DNA of 47,444 nucleotides from Prasinococcaceae sp. CCMP 1430 (GCA_013416795.1 RQSC01000020.1:94077-141520), one strand, 5' to 3'. Counted from the stretch's first letter, positions 32,941 to 41,792 are shown. Made by a program: numbers and translations. The notes: a model not told the origin generated them from the letters alone.

Positions 32941-33916
32941 ATGGGGGTGGCCGCGGCCGCGGCGCGTGCGAGCGCGAGCGCCAAAGGGCCGCCGGGCGAG
33001 GGCGGGGCTGCTGGCGGCGGCGGCGCGCCGGACAACGGCGTGGGGGGGGCGCTTCAGCGCGTGTCGCGGCCCGGGGATGGCCGCGCCCCGCCCGAGTTCA
33101 CAGGCGCCAGCGGCGACACTCCGAGGTGGCTGCTCCCGGCCCTCGGCGTAGTCGCCGGCCTCACGGTGCTGAGCTCGCTGTTCCGTGAGTCGGGGAGCGA
33201 CGCCCTCTTCGAGCTCTATCCGACGGCGACGGGTCAGCTGGTCGACCAGTACGAGCGGTTGTACGTGCAGGACGGGCGGGGCTTCCTGTACAGGCTCATG
33301 CAGGTGCCGCCCGAGTTCGTGGGCGCCGAGGAGTCGGGCAGTGCTCCAACGGTGCTGGTGCTCGTAGGCAACCTCGAAGACCCCAGCGACCCTCCGCTTA
33401 ACGCCGGCATGCTGTTCACGCTGAGCGAGGTGCGTCGACGCCGCGAGTGGCGAGCAGTGCGTCGTGCTCGCAGCGCTGCGCTCCACGTGCCCCACTGTTT
33501 CTGCCTGAGGAAGGAGCGCCCAAGCCCCGCCCACCCCGCCCCGGGCGGAGGGGTCGGGTGGGCTGCGGTGGGGCGCATGCACCATCATTGCTGCTGACTT
33601 ACCCCGAGCGCTGGCGCGCCGCGCGTGGCCACGGCAGGATGGCGTCGTGGACCCACTGGAGGACGCAGACGGCAACCAGTACGGCGTGAGCATGGCGGAG
33701 CTCAACCGCATCAAGCGTGAACGCACGCCCACGCTCGGGCAGCAGCGCGTCCCGGACCTCGAGGAAGTACTCTCGCCGTCGCTGCAGGAGAAGATCAGCC
33801 GCGACATGGCGAGGCTCGACGCCAATCCAGACGACGCCGAGGCGGAGGCGGCAGTCGTCGCGGACGGTGAGCTCGCGGCAGCGCTGCAGCTCGAAGCGGC
33901 GGGGATCGATCGGTAG
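32941..33916 (+). CDS. Hypothetical membrane protein, 2 exons (32941-33429; 33638-33916)
   Basis: One TM segment (WLLPALGVVAGLTVLSSLF) then a compact domain (LYPTATGQLVDQYERLYVQDGRGFLYRL). Intron GTGCGT...CTGAC...GGCAG joins in frame to DGVVDPLEDADGNQYG. Confidence 0.75.
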
Positions 33917-34291
33917 TGCTTGGGGGTGCGCGCACCCGACAGGCGCGTATGAGACTGTCTCTGTTGGCGTCGCCATCGATGGCCCTCCGTTCTGTCTCTC
34001 TCTCTAGTATCTGCCTCCCTCCGTCTCTCTCTTTTTGTGTCTAGTAAGACTACATCACGTGCATGGCGATCTCGCTTCGACCCGGGCGGCAGACTTTCCG
34101 GGGACGGCCATGCGAAGCTGTGGTGCGCGCCCGCGCAGGTGTGGTGCGCTCTCGGCAAGCCGCGCCAAGCGCTCGCGCGCCCCGGGCTGTACATCGAAGT
34201 CGCTGGCATCATTAGTTGGCGCGGACTTGCCATTCGCACTGGGTATATCGCGTGCGGCGCTCAACTATGGATGCTTCCGAGCCGCATGCGC

Positions 34292-35130
34292 TCATTGCGC
34301 AAGGAACGCCTCGCACTCCGCGCGGATTGGCGCCGCCTCCTTGCGGATGGCGTCGCACAACTCGTCTGCGCGCCGCTTGATACCGTCGACCAGCGCGTCA
34401 ATTTCGCCAGCGAGGTACTCCTCGACGCTCATGCTGGCGTTGACGTCGACCTCCGCCAGCACCGGCGTCCCCTTCCCCTTTGTCTTAGCTGGACCTGTCT
34501 TCTGCTTCTTCGCCGAAACCCGCTCCGCCCGTTCCTTCCCTTGCGCCTCCTTCTTTTCCGACTGCCCTTGCTGCTGCGCCGCGTCGCTGCCGGCGTCCAT
34601 CGAGGCGGCTTCGGTGGGCGCTGGCGCCTCCTCGGCGGGCGCCGCGGCGGCCTCCGCTACGGCAGCAGAGGCCGTGCGTGCGCCACGCTTCGACTTGGCC
34701 GCCGTGGCGCGCCCCTTGGCCGCTGTCTTGGGCGCGGCGGGCTTGGCGGGCTTGGCCGCATCCTCGCCGCTCATGTCCACATAGCGAACCTCTGCGAGCG
34801 TCTCCCCACCGAACTCGATCCTATCGCCCGTCTTGAGCACGCGCTCGGGCCCGTGCGGGTCGCTGTCGCTCTTGGGCGGTGGGACCTCCTTGCCGTTGAT
34901 GAAGGTGCCGTTCGAGGAGCCCAGGTCGCGCACGCGCCACTTGCCGTCGCGGAACGTGAGCTCGGCATGCTTCGAGCTCACCTCCTGGTCCTTGATCTGG
35001 AACTGGTTGGCCCTGGTGCGGCCGACGCTCACCGGCGCGAGCTTGGGCGCGACGACGCGCGCGGTGCCCTCGCACGGCCCCGATCGGATCGCGAGCGACA
35101 GGCACGGCCCCGCGGGCGCGGGCGCGCCGC
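34292..35130 (-). CDS. FHA-domain protein with a basic linker and C-terminal helix (architecture recalls At4g14490/At3g02400); start unresolved
   Basis: LAIRSGP...VSVGRTRANQFQIKDQEVSSKHAEL...VRDLGSSNGTFING carries the FHA G-R, S-x-x-H and N-G-T signature. C-terminal MSVEEYL...helix. An in-frame ATG at 35236 lies inside the opposite-strand gene. Confidence 0.9.
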
Positions 35131-36305
35131 TGAGGCCCCTCGGCAGCGCCTTCAGCGCGATCGACCGCGTGCTCGCCGCCCGCCAGAACAGGCAGGCCAA
35201 CGAGCTCCCCGAATGGTACGCCACGCGCGCGTACATGCGCGCAGCATGCGCGCGAGCGCACACACGCGCGCGCGCACACATCGCGCACATTACAATCTGC
35301 GATGCTGACAGCGCGCCCTTGCGTGCGGTCCCAACCTTCAGCGACGGGGACGACGAGAACGCCGCCTTGCGAAACGGTGGGAGCGACGGCCCGTTCCTGT
35401 GCGACACACGCAGCGGCCGGGAGGCGCAGGATCGACCGCACCAGGGAGCGCGTCGTCGCGCCGCGCACGTGCCCGATGGTGCCGCGAAGGCGGGCGACGC
35501 CGAGGCGACGCACCGCTCGCTCGACGAACTGTACGCGCAGCTGCGTGCCTTCAGGGCGCGGGACGCCGAGCGAATCACGCGCCGCGCCCTGCGGAGCCAG
35601 ACGGTACGCCACGCTCACACACACAGTACACACGCGCGCACAGCGCCCGCAAACGTCACGCACGGATGGATGCGCGGTGCTGACAGCGCGCGTCGGCGCA
35701 GGGGGATGCGGGCGGGAGCTCCGCGCGTGTGGCCGCGCGGTTTGCCCGTGTGATGGCGGTGCGGTCGAGTGCCGAGGTGGAGCGCGACGAGGCCGAGGCG
35801 CGCGAGCGAGCCGCGGCGGCACGCCGTCAGGCGGCGTGGAGGGAACGCCGGGCGCGCGAGGAGGTGGCGGTGAGGTGCGTCCGTTGCAGTACAGCTTAGG
35901 GGGGCGCGTGCGCGCGCGCGTATGCGTTTGGGAGAGAAGAGCTTACGAGCGCGTCGGTGACGCTGACGCGTCGCGAAACGCGCCCCCAGGAACCACCGCG
36001 CGAACGCACCGGCCCGCCGCGCCTCACGCGCGCTCCGCGGCTGGGCGCGCGCCGCGCGCACGCGTCGCGCGTGGCGCGCGCGCCTGCGTGCGCGTCGCGC
36101 GACGTACGGGGTGTGGGCGCACTGCCACCTACCGCGCGGCTCCTTCGATGGCAGCGTCGAGCGCGAGGCCGAGGGGAGCAGCGGCCTCGTGCGTGAGTAC
36201 CTGCGCTGGCGCACGCTCGGCGTGGTCTTCACGCGATGGGCGGAGGCGGCGGCGCGGCCCGGGTCGGAGGAGGCCGTGCACGAGGGGGATCCGCCCACAC
36301 AGTAA
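35128..36305 (+). CDS. Four-exon Arg/Ala/Trp-rich helical protein with Sfi1-like repeats (exons about 35128-35215, 35342-35603, 35702-35874, 35990-36305); start unresolved
   Basis: Three GT-AG introns (35216-35341, 35604-35701, 35875-35989), each with a GCTGAC branch motif. Phases 2/0/2 splice into one open frame ending at TAA 36305. Confidence 0.75.
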
Positions 36306-36388
36306 AAATGGGCTCGCATGACAGGGCGATCTGCGCGCTCGTAGGAGGGCGCGGCTGTGTGTGCGTGTGCGCGCGTTCGCGTGTGTGC

Positions 36389-38605
36389 TCACTCCCGCGC
36401 CTCGGCTGCAGCAGCCGCCTCGACCTTTGCCCTGTGCTCTGCTCGCAGGACGCGCCGCATGACCTTGTTGCTCGCCGTGCGCGGCAGCGCCTCGAGCAGC
36501 ACGACCTCGTCCACCTTGAAGAGCGGATTGAGATGCACCTTCACCGCCTTGGAGAAGGCCGCGTGCAGCTGCGCGAGGTCGAGCTCGGCGCCCGCCTTGG
36601 CCACCGCGGCAACCACCAGCCGCTCGGGGCCGCCTCCGGCCGGAGGGACCGAGAATGCGGCGGTCTCCGCCACGCCTTCGAACGCCCCCGCACACGCGCG
36701 CTCGATCTCCAGCGAGGACACCTTAATGCCGCCCAGGTTCATGGTGTCGTCGGTGCGGCCGTGCGCCACGTAGTACCCGCCCGCGAGCCGCTCGACGGCG
36801 TCGCCGTGCCGCCTCAGCGTCTCGCCATTCGCGCCCTTGGGCATGCCTTCGTAGTACACCGAGTGGTGGTCGCGGTTCAGGAGGTGCGTGGACGAGCCAA
36901 GCATGGGCGGCACGAGCGCCACCTCGCCCAGGCCCTCGCCCTCGACGAATGCGCCAGGCGTCGGGGAGGACTCGTCGAGCAACCTGATGGACGCGCCGAT
37001 TGTCGGAGTGGAGAACGCCGCGGCGACCTGCGCCTGCAGCGGACAGCCGCTGAGGAAGCCGCCGCCGATCTCCGTGCCGCCGCAGTACTCGATGATGGGC
37101 GCGTAGCCCGCGCGCGAGGACAGCCACATGTAGTCCTCGGCGGCGCTCGCCTCGCCCGACGAGGCGTACGCGCGCACGCTCGACCAGTCGCACCCCTCGG
37201 TGGAGCCGAACGCGCGCCACGCGCGCGCGATGGAGGGGACGAGGCCGAGCATGGTCACGCGCGCGCGCTCCACGAAGCGGCAGAAGGGCGCGCCGATGGG
37301 CGAGCCGCAGAAGAGCGCGAGCGCCGCGTCGTTCAAGAGCGACGCATACACGAGCCACGGGCCCATCATCCAGCCCAGGTTGGTGGGCCAGCAGACCACG
37401 TCGCCGCGGCGCACGTCCTGATGGCAGTGCGCATCCGCTGCGCTGCGCAGCGGCGGCATGCTCGACCAGGGGATCGCCTTGGGCTCGCCCGTCGTGCCGC
37501 TCGAGAAGAGGATGCCCGTCGGCTCCGATGCGCGGCACTCGACGGGCTTGAACGCGGCGACGGCATCGGCAGTGGCCCGCGCGAGGAAATCGGCCCACAC
37601 CAGATCGCCCTCGCGGAGCACAACGCCCTCAGCGACGTCCGCCGCGGCCGGGCCTGCCGCGGGCAGCACGACCGTCGGCGGTGCGCCGCCGGCCGCCGCG
37701 ACGCGCGCGTACAGCGGCAGCGACTTGCCGCCGCGCGGCACGACGTCCTGAGTGAATGTGAGCTTGGCCTCAGACAGTCTGAGGCGGGTGGCGATCTCGG
37801 GCGTTGAGAAAGAGTCCGCGATGGACACCGCCGCCATGCCCGCAGCGACCACGCCGAGGAATGCCACCACCGACTCCACGTTCATCGGCATGTCGATGGC
37901 GACGGCGTCGCCTTCCTTGAGGCCGCTCGCTTGCAGCGCGGCGGCGAGGGCGTATGCGCGCGCCTTGAGGTCGGCCCAGCTGATTGTGCGCAACGTCGCG
38001 CCCTCCGGGTCGCGCTCGTCCTCCCAGACGACGGCCGTCGCGCGCTCGTCGCGCCCCTCCAGGCAGCACGCCGCCACGTTGAGACGCGCGCCTGGCAGCC
38101 ACTCGGCGCGCTCGACGCCGCCCTCGCCCGCAGGTACGCGGAGCATGGCCTCGGCGGACGCGCCTTCGGCGAAGCGCACGCCCATGCGCGCGAGCAGCGG
38201 CGGCCAGAAGGTCTCCGGATCGCGCACGCTGAGCGCGTGGAACGCCCTGTAGTCTCGCACCGGATCGCCCGTGCGCTCTTCGCGCCATTGAGCGTCGCCG
38301 TCGCACTCGCGCATGAGCGCCGCGAGATTGGTGCGCGCGGCGCCCGCGGCCGTCGGCGTCCAGTACGGCCGCAATGTACCGCCATTGCCGTCGTAGCAGG
38401 CGTCGAAGACGGCCTTGTGGGCCTCGAAAGGCTCATTGCGCAGCACCTCCGCCAGGCACACCGCCTGCCAGACCTTCTCGGCGTCACCGCCGCCGCCCGC
38501 GGCGCCGCGCGGCAGCGCCGCGAGCAGCGCGTCGGCGCGCGCCTCGTCGCCGCCATAGGCGGCCGCCGCGAGCGAGTTGGCGTCGAGGCTGCGCCACATC
38601 GGCAT
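36389..38605 (-). CDS. Acyl-activating enzyme (AAE17/AAE18-like acyl-CoA synthetase), intronless
   Basis: LFSSGTTGEPKAIPW, CWPTNLGWMMGPWLVYASLLN, IIEYCGGTEIGG, HGRTDDTMNLGGIKVSSLEIER and LPRTASNKVMRRVLR. Confidence 0.93.
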   Translation of the reverse strand: MPMWRSLDANSLAAAAYGGDEARADALLAALPRGAAGGGGDAEKVWQAVCLAEVLRNEPFEAHKAVFDACYDGNGGTLRPYWTPTAAGAARTNLAALMRECDGDAQWREERTGDPVRDYRAFHALSVRDPETFWPPLLARMGVRFAEGASAEAMLRVPAGEGGVERAEWLPGARLNVAACCLEGRDERATAVVWEDERDPEGATLRTISWADLKARAYALAAALQASGLKEGDAVAIDMPMNVESVVAFLGVVAAGMAAVSIADSFSTPEIATRLRLSEAKLTFTQDVVPRGGKSLPLYARVAAAGGAPPTVVLPAAGPAAADVAEGVVLREGDLVWADFLARATADAVAAFKPVECRASEPTGILFSSGTTGEPKAIPWSSMPPLRSAADAHCHQDVRRGDVVCWPTNLGWMMGPWLVYASLLNDAALALFCGSPIGAPFCRFVERARVTMLGLVPSIARAWRAFGSTEGCDWSSVRAYASSGEASAAEDYMWLSSRAGYAPIIEYCGGTEIGGGFLSGCPLQAQVAAAFSTPTIGASIRLLDESSPTPGAFVEGEGLGEVALVPPMLGSSTHLLNRDHHSVYYEGMPKGANGETLRRHGDAVERLAGGYYVAHGRTDDTMNLGGIKVSSLEIERACAGAFEGVAETAAFSVPPAGGGPERLVVAAVAKAGAELDLAQLHAAFSKAVKVHLNPLFKVDEVVLLEALPRTASNKVMRRVLRAEHRAKVEAAAAAEARE

Positions 38606-38962
38606 GGCCTAGATCATCAGCCAGCAGGGAGCAAGGGGTGGGGGGGAAGGGGCCAACACCCTCTCTTGGAGCAGGGTGGAGGCAGTCACGCCTCCGGCTC
38701 TCCAGCCGCGCGGCGCTCGTTGCGCGCGGCCAGCGGCCCTGCGGCGCAGCGCACGCCGCAGCGCGGGCTTTGCAGCACGCCCCAGAGGCGGGCGCGGGGC
38801 GCGGCGCGTGCGGTGTGGCCAGCGGTGCAGGCGCTGCAGCGCGGCGCACCGTCAGCGCTTCTGCGCGAAACGAACCCTACACTTCACCGCAAATACTGCA
38901 AATTGTACATGGTAACCCGAACCCACGTGCTACGGATTGTGCCAACCAGGCGCCGACATAAA

Positions 38963-39038
38963 CCCGGTCTGAGCGTGGATGCGCAAACATCCAGGGTCTC
39001 TCGGGGTCGTACCCCGGTGAATCCACAATCAGACCGGG
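38963..39038. other. 76-nt stem-loop element of unknown function
   Basis: CCCGGTCTGA (38963-72) pairs with TCAGACCGGG (39029-38), GTGGAT (38975-80) with ATCCAC (39021-26), and CGGGGT (39002-07) with ACCCCG (39011-16). Confidence 0.55.
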
Positions 39039-39074
39039 GACGTCAGCGCGGGTCGTCTGGCGGGTGCGGCACAC

Positions 39075-39359
39075 CATGCACGGCCGGCGGGGGCGCAGGC
39101 GCGCCCCCACTGGCGCGGCAGGGGATGCCTCGCGCGCCGCCGCGCGGCCGTCGGCGCTCAGCAGCTCCGCCGACACCTGGAAGAGCCCCACGCGCGCGTT
39201 GTGCGCCGTCTCGGGCAGCGTGAGCGCGAGCGTCACGTCGTACGCCTGGCCCGCGCGAAACAGGCGCGTCGACGAAGGGGTGGAGGCGGTGATCTTGCCG
39301 TTCTCCAGGCCGGGGGTCGCGGGCGGGAGGAAGGTCGCCAGCGCGGTCGCGCGCTCGCC
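39075..39359 (-). CDS. Isolated seipin exon (no other seipin exons found)
   Basis: RLFRAGQAYDVTLALTLPETAHNARVGLFQVSAELLS...RPCM matches the seipin luminal motif (LxMPES-x-xN...GMFQV-x-xELLS...PCM). Bounded by acceptor GCAG (39360) and donor GTGTGC (39074). Confidence 0.75.
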
Positions 39360-39363
39360 CTGC

Positions 39364-39417
39364 GTCGGTCGGTCGGTCGGTCGGTCGGTCGGTCGGTCAG
39401 TCGGGTCGGTCGGGTCG
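39364..39417. repeat. (GGTC)n tetranucleotide microsatellite
   Basis: About 9 near-perfect units, then degenerate units. Confidence 0.95.
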
Positions 39418-39439
39418 TCGAGAGCGCGGGTGAGCGCGG

Positions 39440-40549
39440 GTGGGGGTCAGGGCCGTCTTCGCTCGCGAGGAGCTGCGCCGCCGATTGAGGGAAGGGCGCC
39501 CTCACAGCGCTCGTGGGCGAGTCTATGCACAGGGACACCCGGCGCCCACGGCGCTGCTGCCGCGCGAGGTGGACGCGCTGTACGACGCGCTGGAGGCGAC
39601 GGCGGCGGCGCTCGACGCGTGCGGCGCGCGGTGGTTTGCCGTGGCGGGAACGCTCCTCGGCGCCGTGCGGCAGCGCTCCATCCTGTTCTGCGATGACGAC
39701 GTCGACATTGCCGTCCTCGAGGCGGACTACGACAGGGTGAAGGAGGCGCTGCCGGACCTGCTCGCGCGCGCCGGCGGGGGGGAGTACAGGGCCGGGGACA
39801 GACGCGCAGCGTATGCGTACGTGCGGCGTCCGTGGCCGGCATGCGACCGCGTGCGGCCGGGCTACGGCCAGAGCTGCAGTCACGTGTGGGTCGACGTGTT
39901 CGTGCTTCGGCGCTACGAGAGCGCCGATGCGCTGCGCAAGCTGCTGTGCGGCGGTTGTGGGAGTCATGACAGGGGTGGCGGAGAGGGGGCCAGCGGCGTC
40001 GAGGCTGAGGACCCGCTGCCGGAGCCGCTTCGACACGCCCGATACCCGCTGTATCACTACGATACGGCGCAGGCGGTGAGGCTCTGGCCTCGCGAGTGGC
40101 TTGCCCCCGAGGCGGTGGAGATCGACGCGCCGCTGCGGAGGTTGGCTTTCGCGGAAGCGGTGGAGAGGCCGTCCGACGACGCCGAGGAGGACCTCGCGCC
40201 GCGCGCGCCGCGCGTGGAGCGCCTCGCGCACTTGCGCGTCCCCGGGCCTGGCGACGCCGTCGGCTACCTTCGCCGAGCGTTCGGCGAGGCTTGCTTCGAT
40301 GAGTACCCGGTCGGGGCCGCCGCGCACGCCGCATGGCAGGCGGAATTCGCAGGCAGGGGCGCAGATGCAGAAGGCCGCGAGGGCAATGCCGCGCGCATGC
40401 TGCCGCTGCGCCCCGAGCACTACCGGCCCATGCAACACTCGCGGCGCGCGAAGCGCGCGCACGACGTTGCAAGCTTCGACGAGGCGTCGCTGCGTGCGAG
40501 GCTAAGGCGGTACGACGAGGCATGCGGCAACGCTGCTGTGGATAGATAG
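39440..40549 (+). CDS. LicD/fukutin-related nucleotidyltransferase-fold phosphotransferase; no ATG found
   Basis: WFAVAGTLLGAVRQRSILFCDDDVDIAV and a downstream WVDVF, the LicD GTLLGAxR...DxDxD signature. Frame bounded by TGA at 39431; first start codon is a GTG. Confidence 0.85.
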   Translation: MGVRAVFAREELRRRLREGRPHSARGRVYAQGHPAPTALLPREVDALYDALEATAAALDACGARWFAVAGTLLGAVRQRSILFCDDDVDIAVLEADYDRVKEALPDLLARAGGGEYRAGDRRAAYAYVRRPWPACDRVRPGYGQSCSHVWVDVFVLRRYESADALRKLLCGGCGSHDRGGGEGASGVEAEDPLPEPLRHARYPLYHYDTAQAVRLWPREWLAPEAVEIDAPLRRLAFAEAVERPSDDAEEDLAPRAPRVERLAHLRVPGPGDAVGYLRRAFGEACFDEYPVGAAAHAAWQAEFAGRGADAEGREGNAARMLPLRPEHYRPMQHSRRAKRAHDVASFDEASLRARLRRYDEACGNAAVDR

Positions 40550-40634
40550 ACCAACTAGGGTGCGCCATTTTTATATTGCTAATGTTGTGGAATATGTGCT
40601 GTAGAGAGCGCTACGACACGGTGGCGCACACCTG

Positions 40635-41792
40635 CTACAGGCCCAACTCAAGCACTGTCGACCTCTCCTGCGCAATCTGCCTGAGGCGTTTCTTTGCATC
40701 GTCGCCGATGGAGTTGTTGTACAGATACAGCGCCTGCAGCGCCTGGTTGTCCTTGAGCGCCGCGCCGAGCGCCGCGGCGCCCTCGTCGCCGATGGAGTTG
40801 TTGTACAGATACAGCGCCTGCAGCGCCTGGTTGTCCTTGAGCGCCGCGCCGAGCGCCGCGGCGCCCTCGTCGCCGATGGAGTTGTTGCGCAGCTCCAGCG
40901 TCTGCAGCGCCTTGTTGGCCTTGAGCACCTCGGCGAAATTCTGCATACCCTGAGCATTGAGGTCACCAACTCGAAGCTCCCTCATGTTCTTGTTGTTGAC
41001 CAGCTGGTATCGTAGTTGCTTGCCAAGAGTGGTATCGCTCCCAGGCAGCGCCGACCAGTCGGCGATGTAAAGCCTCTGATCAGTCAGCCTACCCTGGATG
41101 AGCGCCTCGATTGCCTGGGCCGCATCGACGAAGTCGTTTACAGTCGTAGTAGCCGCGTCGCGCGCGCGCCGGCGCTCGTTCATTTGCACTCGCACGAGTG
41201 GCGCCACGCTCACGAGCGCTGGGAGCGTGTACTCGCCGCGACTAGCCTCGAGTGTCTCCACCAGCTTAGCGAAGAGCGCATAAAGTGAGGTCACGATATT
41301 GGCCAGCGCGACGCTGGAAGAGGCAGACGCAACGAAGGTGATGACCAACTGTGGCGCATCTTCGAGCAGGATGTTGGCTACCAGCATATGCGTGCGCGGT
41401 ATGTAGCCATCGAAACGTGGCTGCTTCCTCCTGCCGACGAACCAGAGGTAACGCACCCATCCAAACATGTCCAACGCTGCCAGTGCCCACAGCAGCGTGC
41501 CAATAGCTGCAAAAACTGCCGCCGCGACCATCAGGCTCGCATTCACACCAGTACCATCCGTGCGTTTGTCACAGCAGCGGTCCAAGAGATTCTTGAAAAA
41601 GACCCAGTCCAGCGCCACATCCGCGTCCGCGACGCCCGATGCAAAGAACCTCGCTAGCGTGATGCGTTGCTTGATGTCATCCGCGATGAGCGAATCGGCT
41701 GACGGCGGCGACTCCTCCTCACTGGCCTCGTTGGCCGGAGCATCTCCTTTCGCAGCAGAGGCAGGAGTGCCGGGTGCGCGCCGCCGGCGCAC
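40635..41792 (-). CDS. Multi-pass membrane protein with C-terminal RNI-like (28-aa) leucine-rich repeats; 5' end unresolved
   Basis: Hydrophobic helices (LMVAAAVFAAIGTLLWALAAL; LLEDAPQLVITFV), then LQTLELRNNSIGDEGAAALGAALKDN-type repeats. Confidence 0.8.
   Translation of the reverse strand: MRRRRAPGTPASAAKGDAPANEASEEESPPSADSLIADDIKQRITLARFFASGVADADVALDWVFFKNLLDRCCDKRTDGTGVNASLMVAAAVFAAIGTLLWALAALDMFGWVRYLWFVGRRKQPRFDGYIPRTHMLVANILLEDAPQLVITFVASASSSVALANIVTSLYALFAKLVETLEASRGEYTLPALVSVAPLVRVQMNERRRARDAATTTVNDFVDAAQAIEALIQGRLTDQRLYIADWSALPGSDTTLGKQLRYQLVNNKNMRELRVGDLNAQGMQNFAEVLKANKALQTLELRNNSIGDEGAAALGAALKDNQALQALYLYNNSIGDEGAAALGAALKDNQALQALYLYNNSIGDDAKKRLRQIAQERSTVLELGL
40699..40887. repeat. 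Perfect 84-bp tandem repeat (2.25 copies) encoding the LRRs
   Basis: Units start at 40699, 40783 and 40867 (TCGTCGCCGATGGAGTTGTTG...) and are identical at the DNA level. Confidence 0.95.

Noticed and set aside
38963-39038. TPP riboswitch reading of the stem-loop (minus strand GGGG...GAGAGACCC)
   Set aside because: It lacks UGAGA and the P4/P5 GAACCUGA...GCGNAGGGA consensus.
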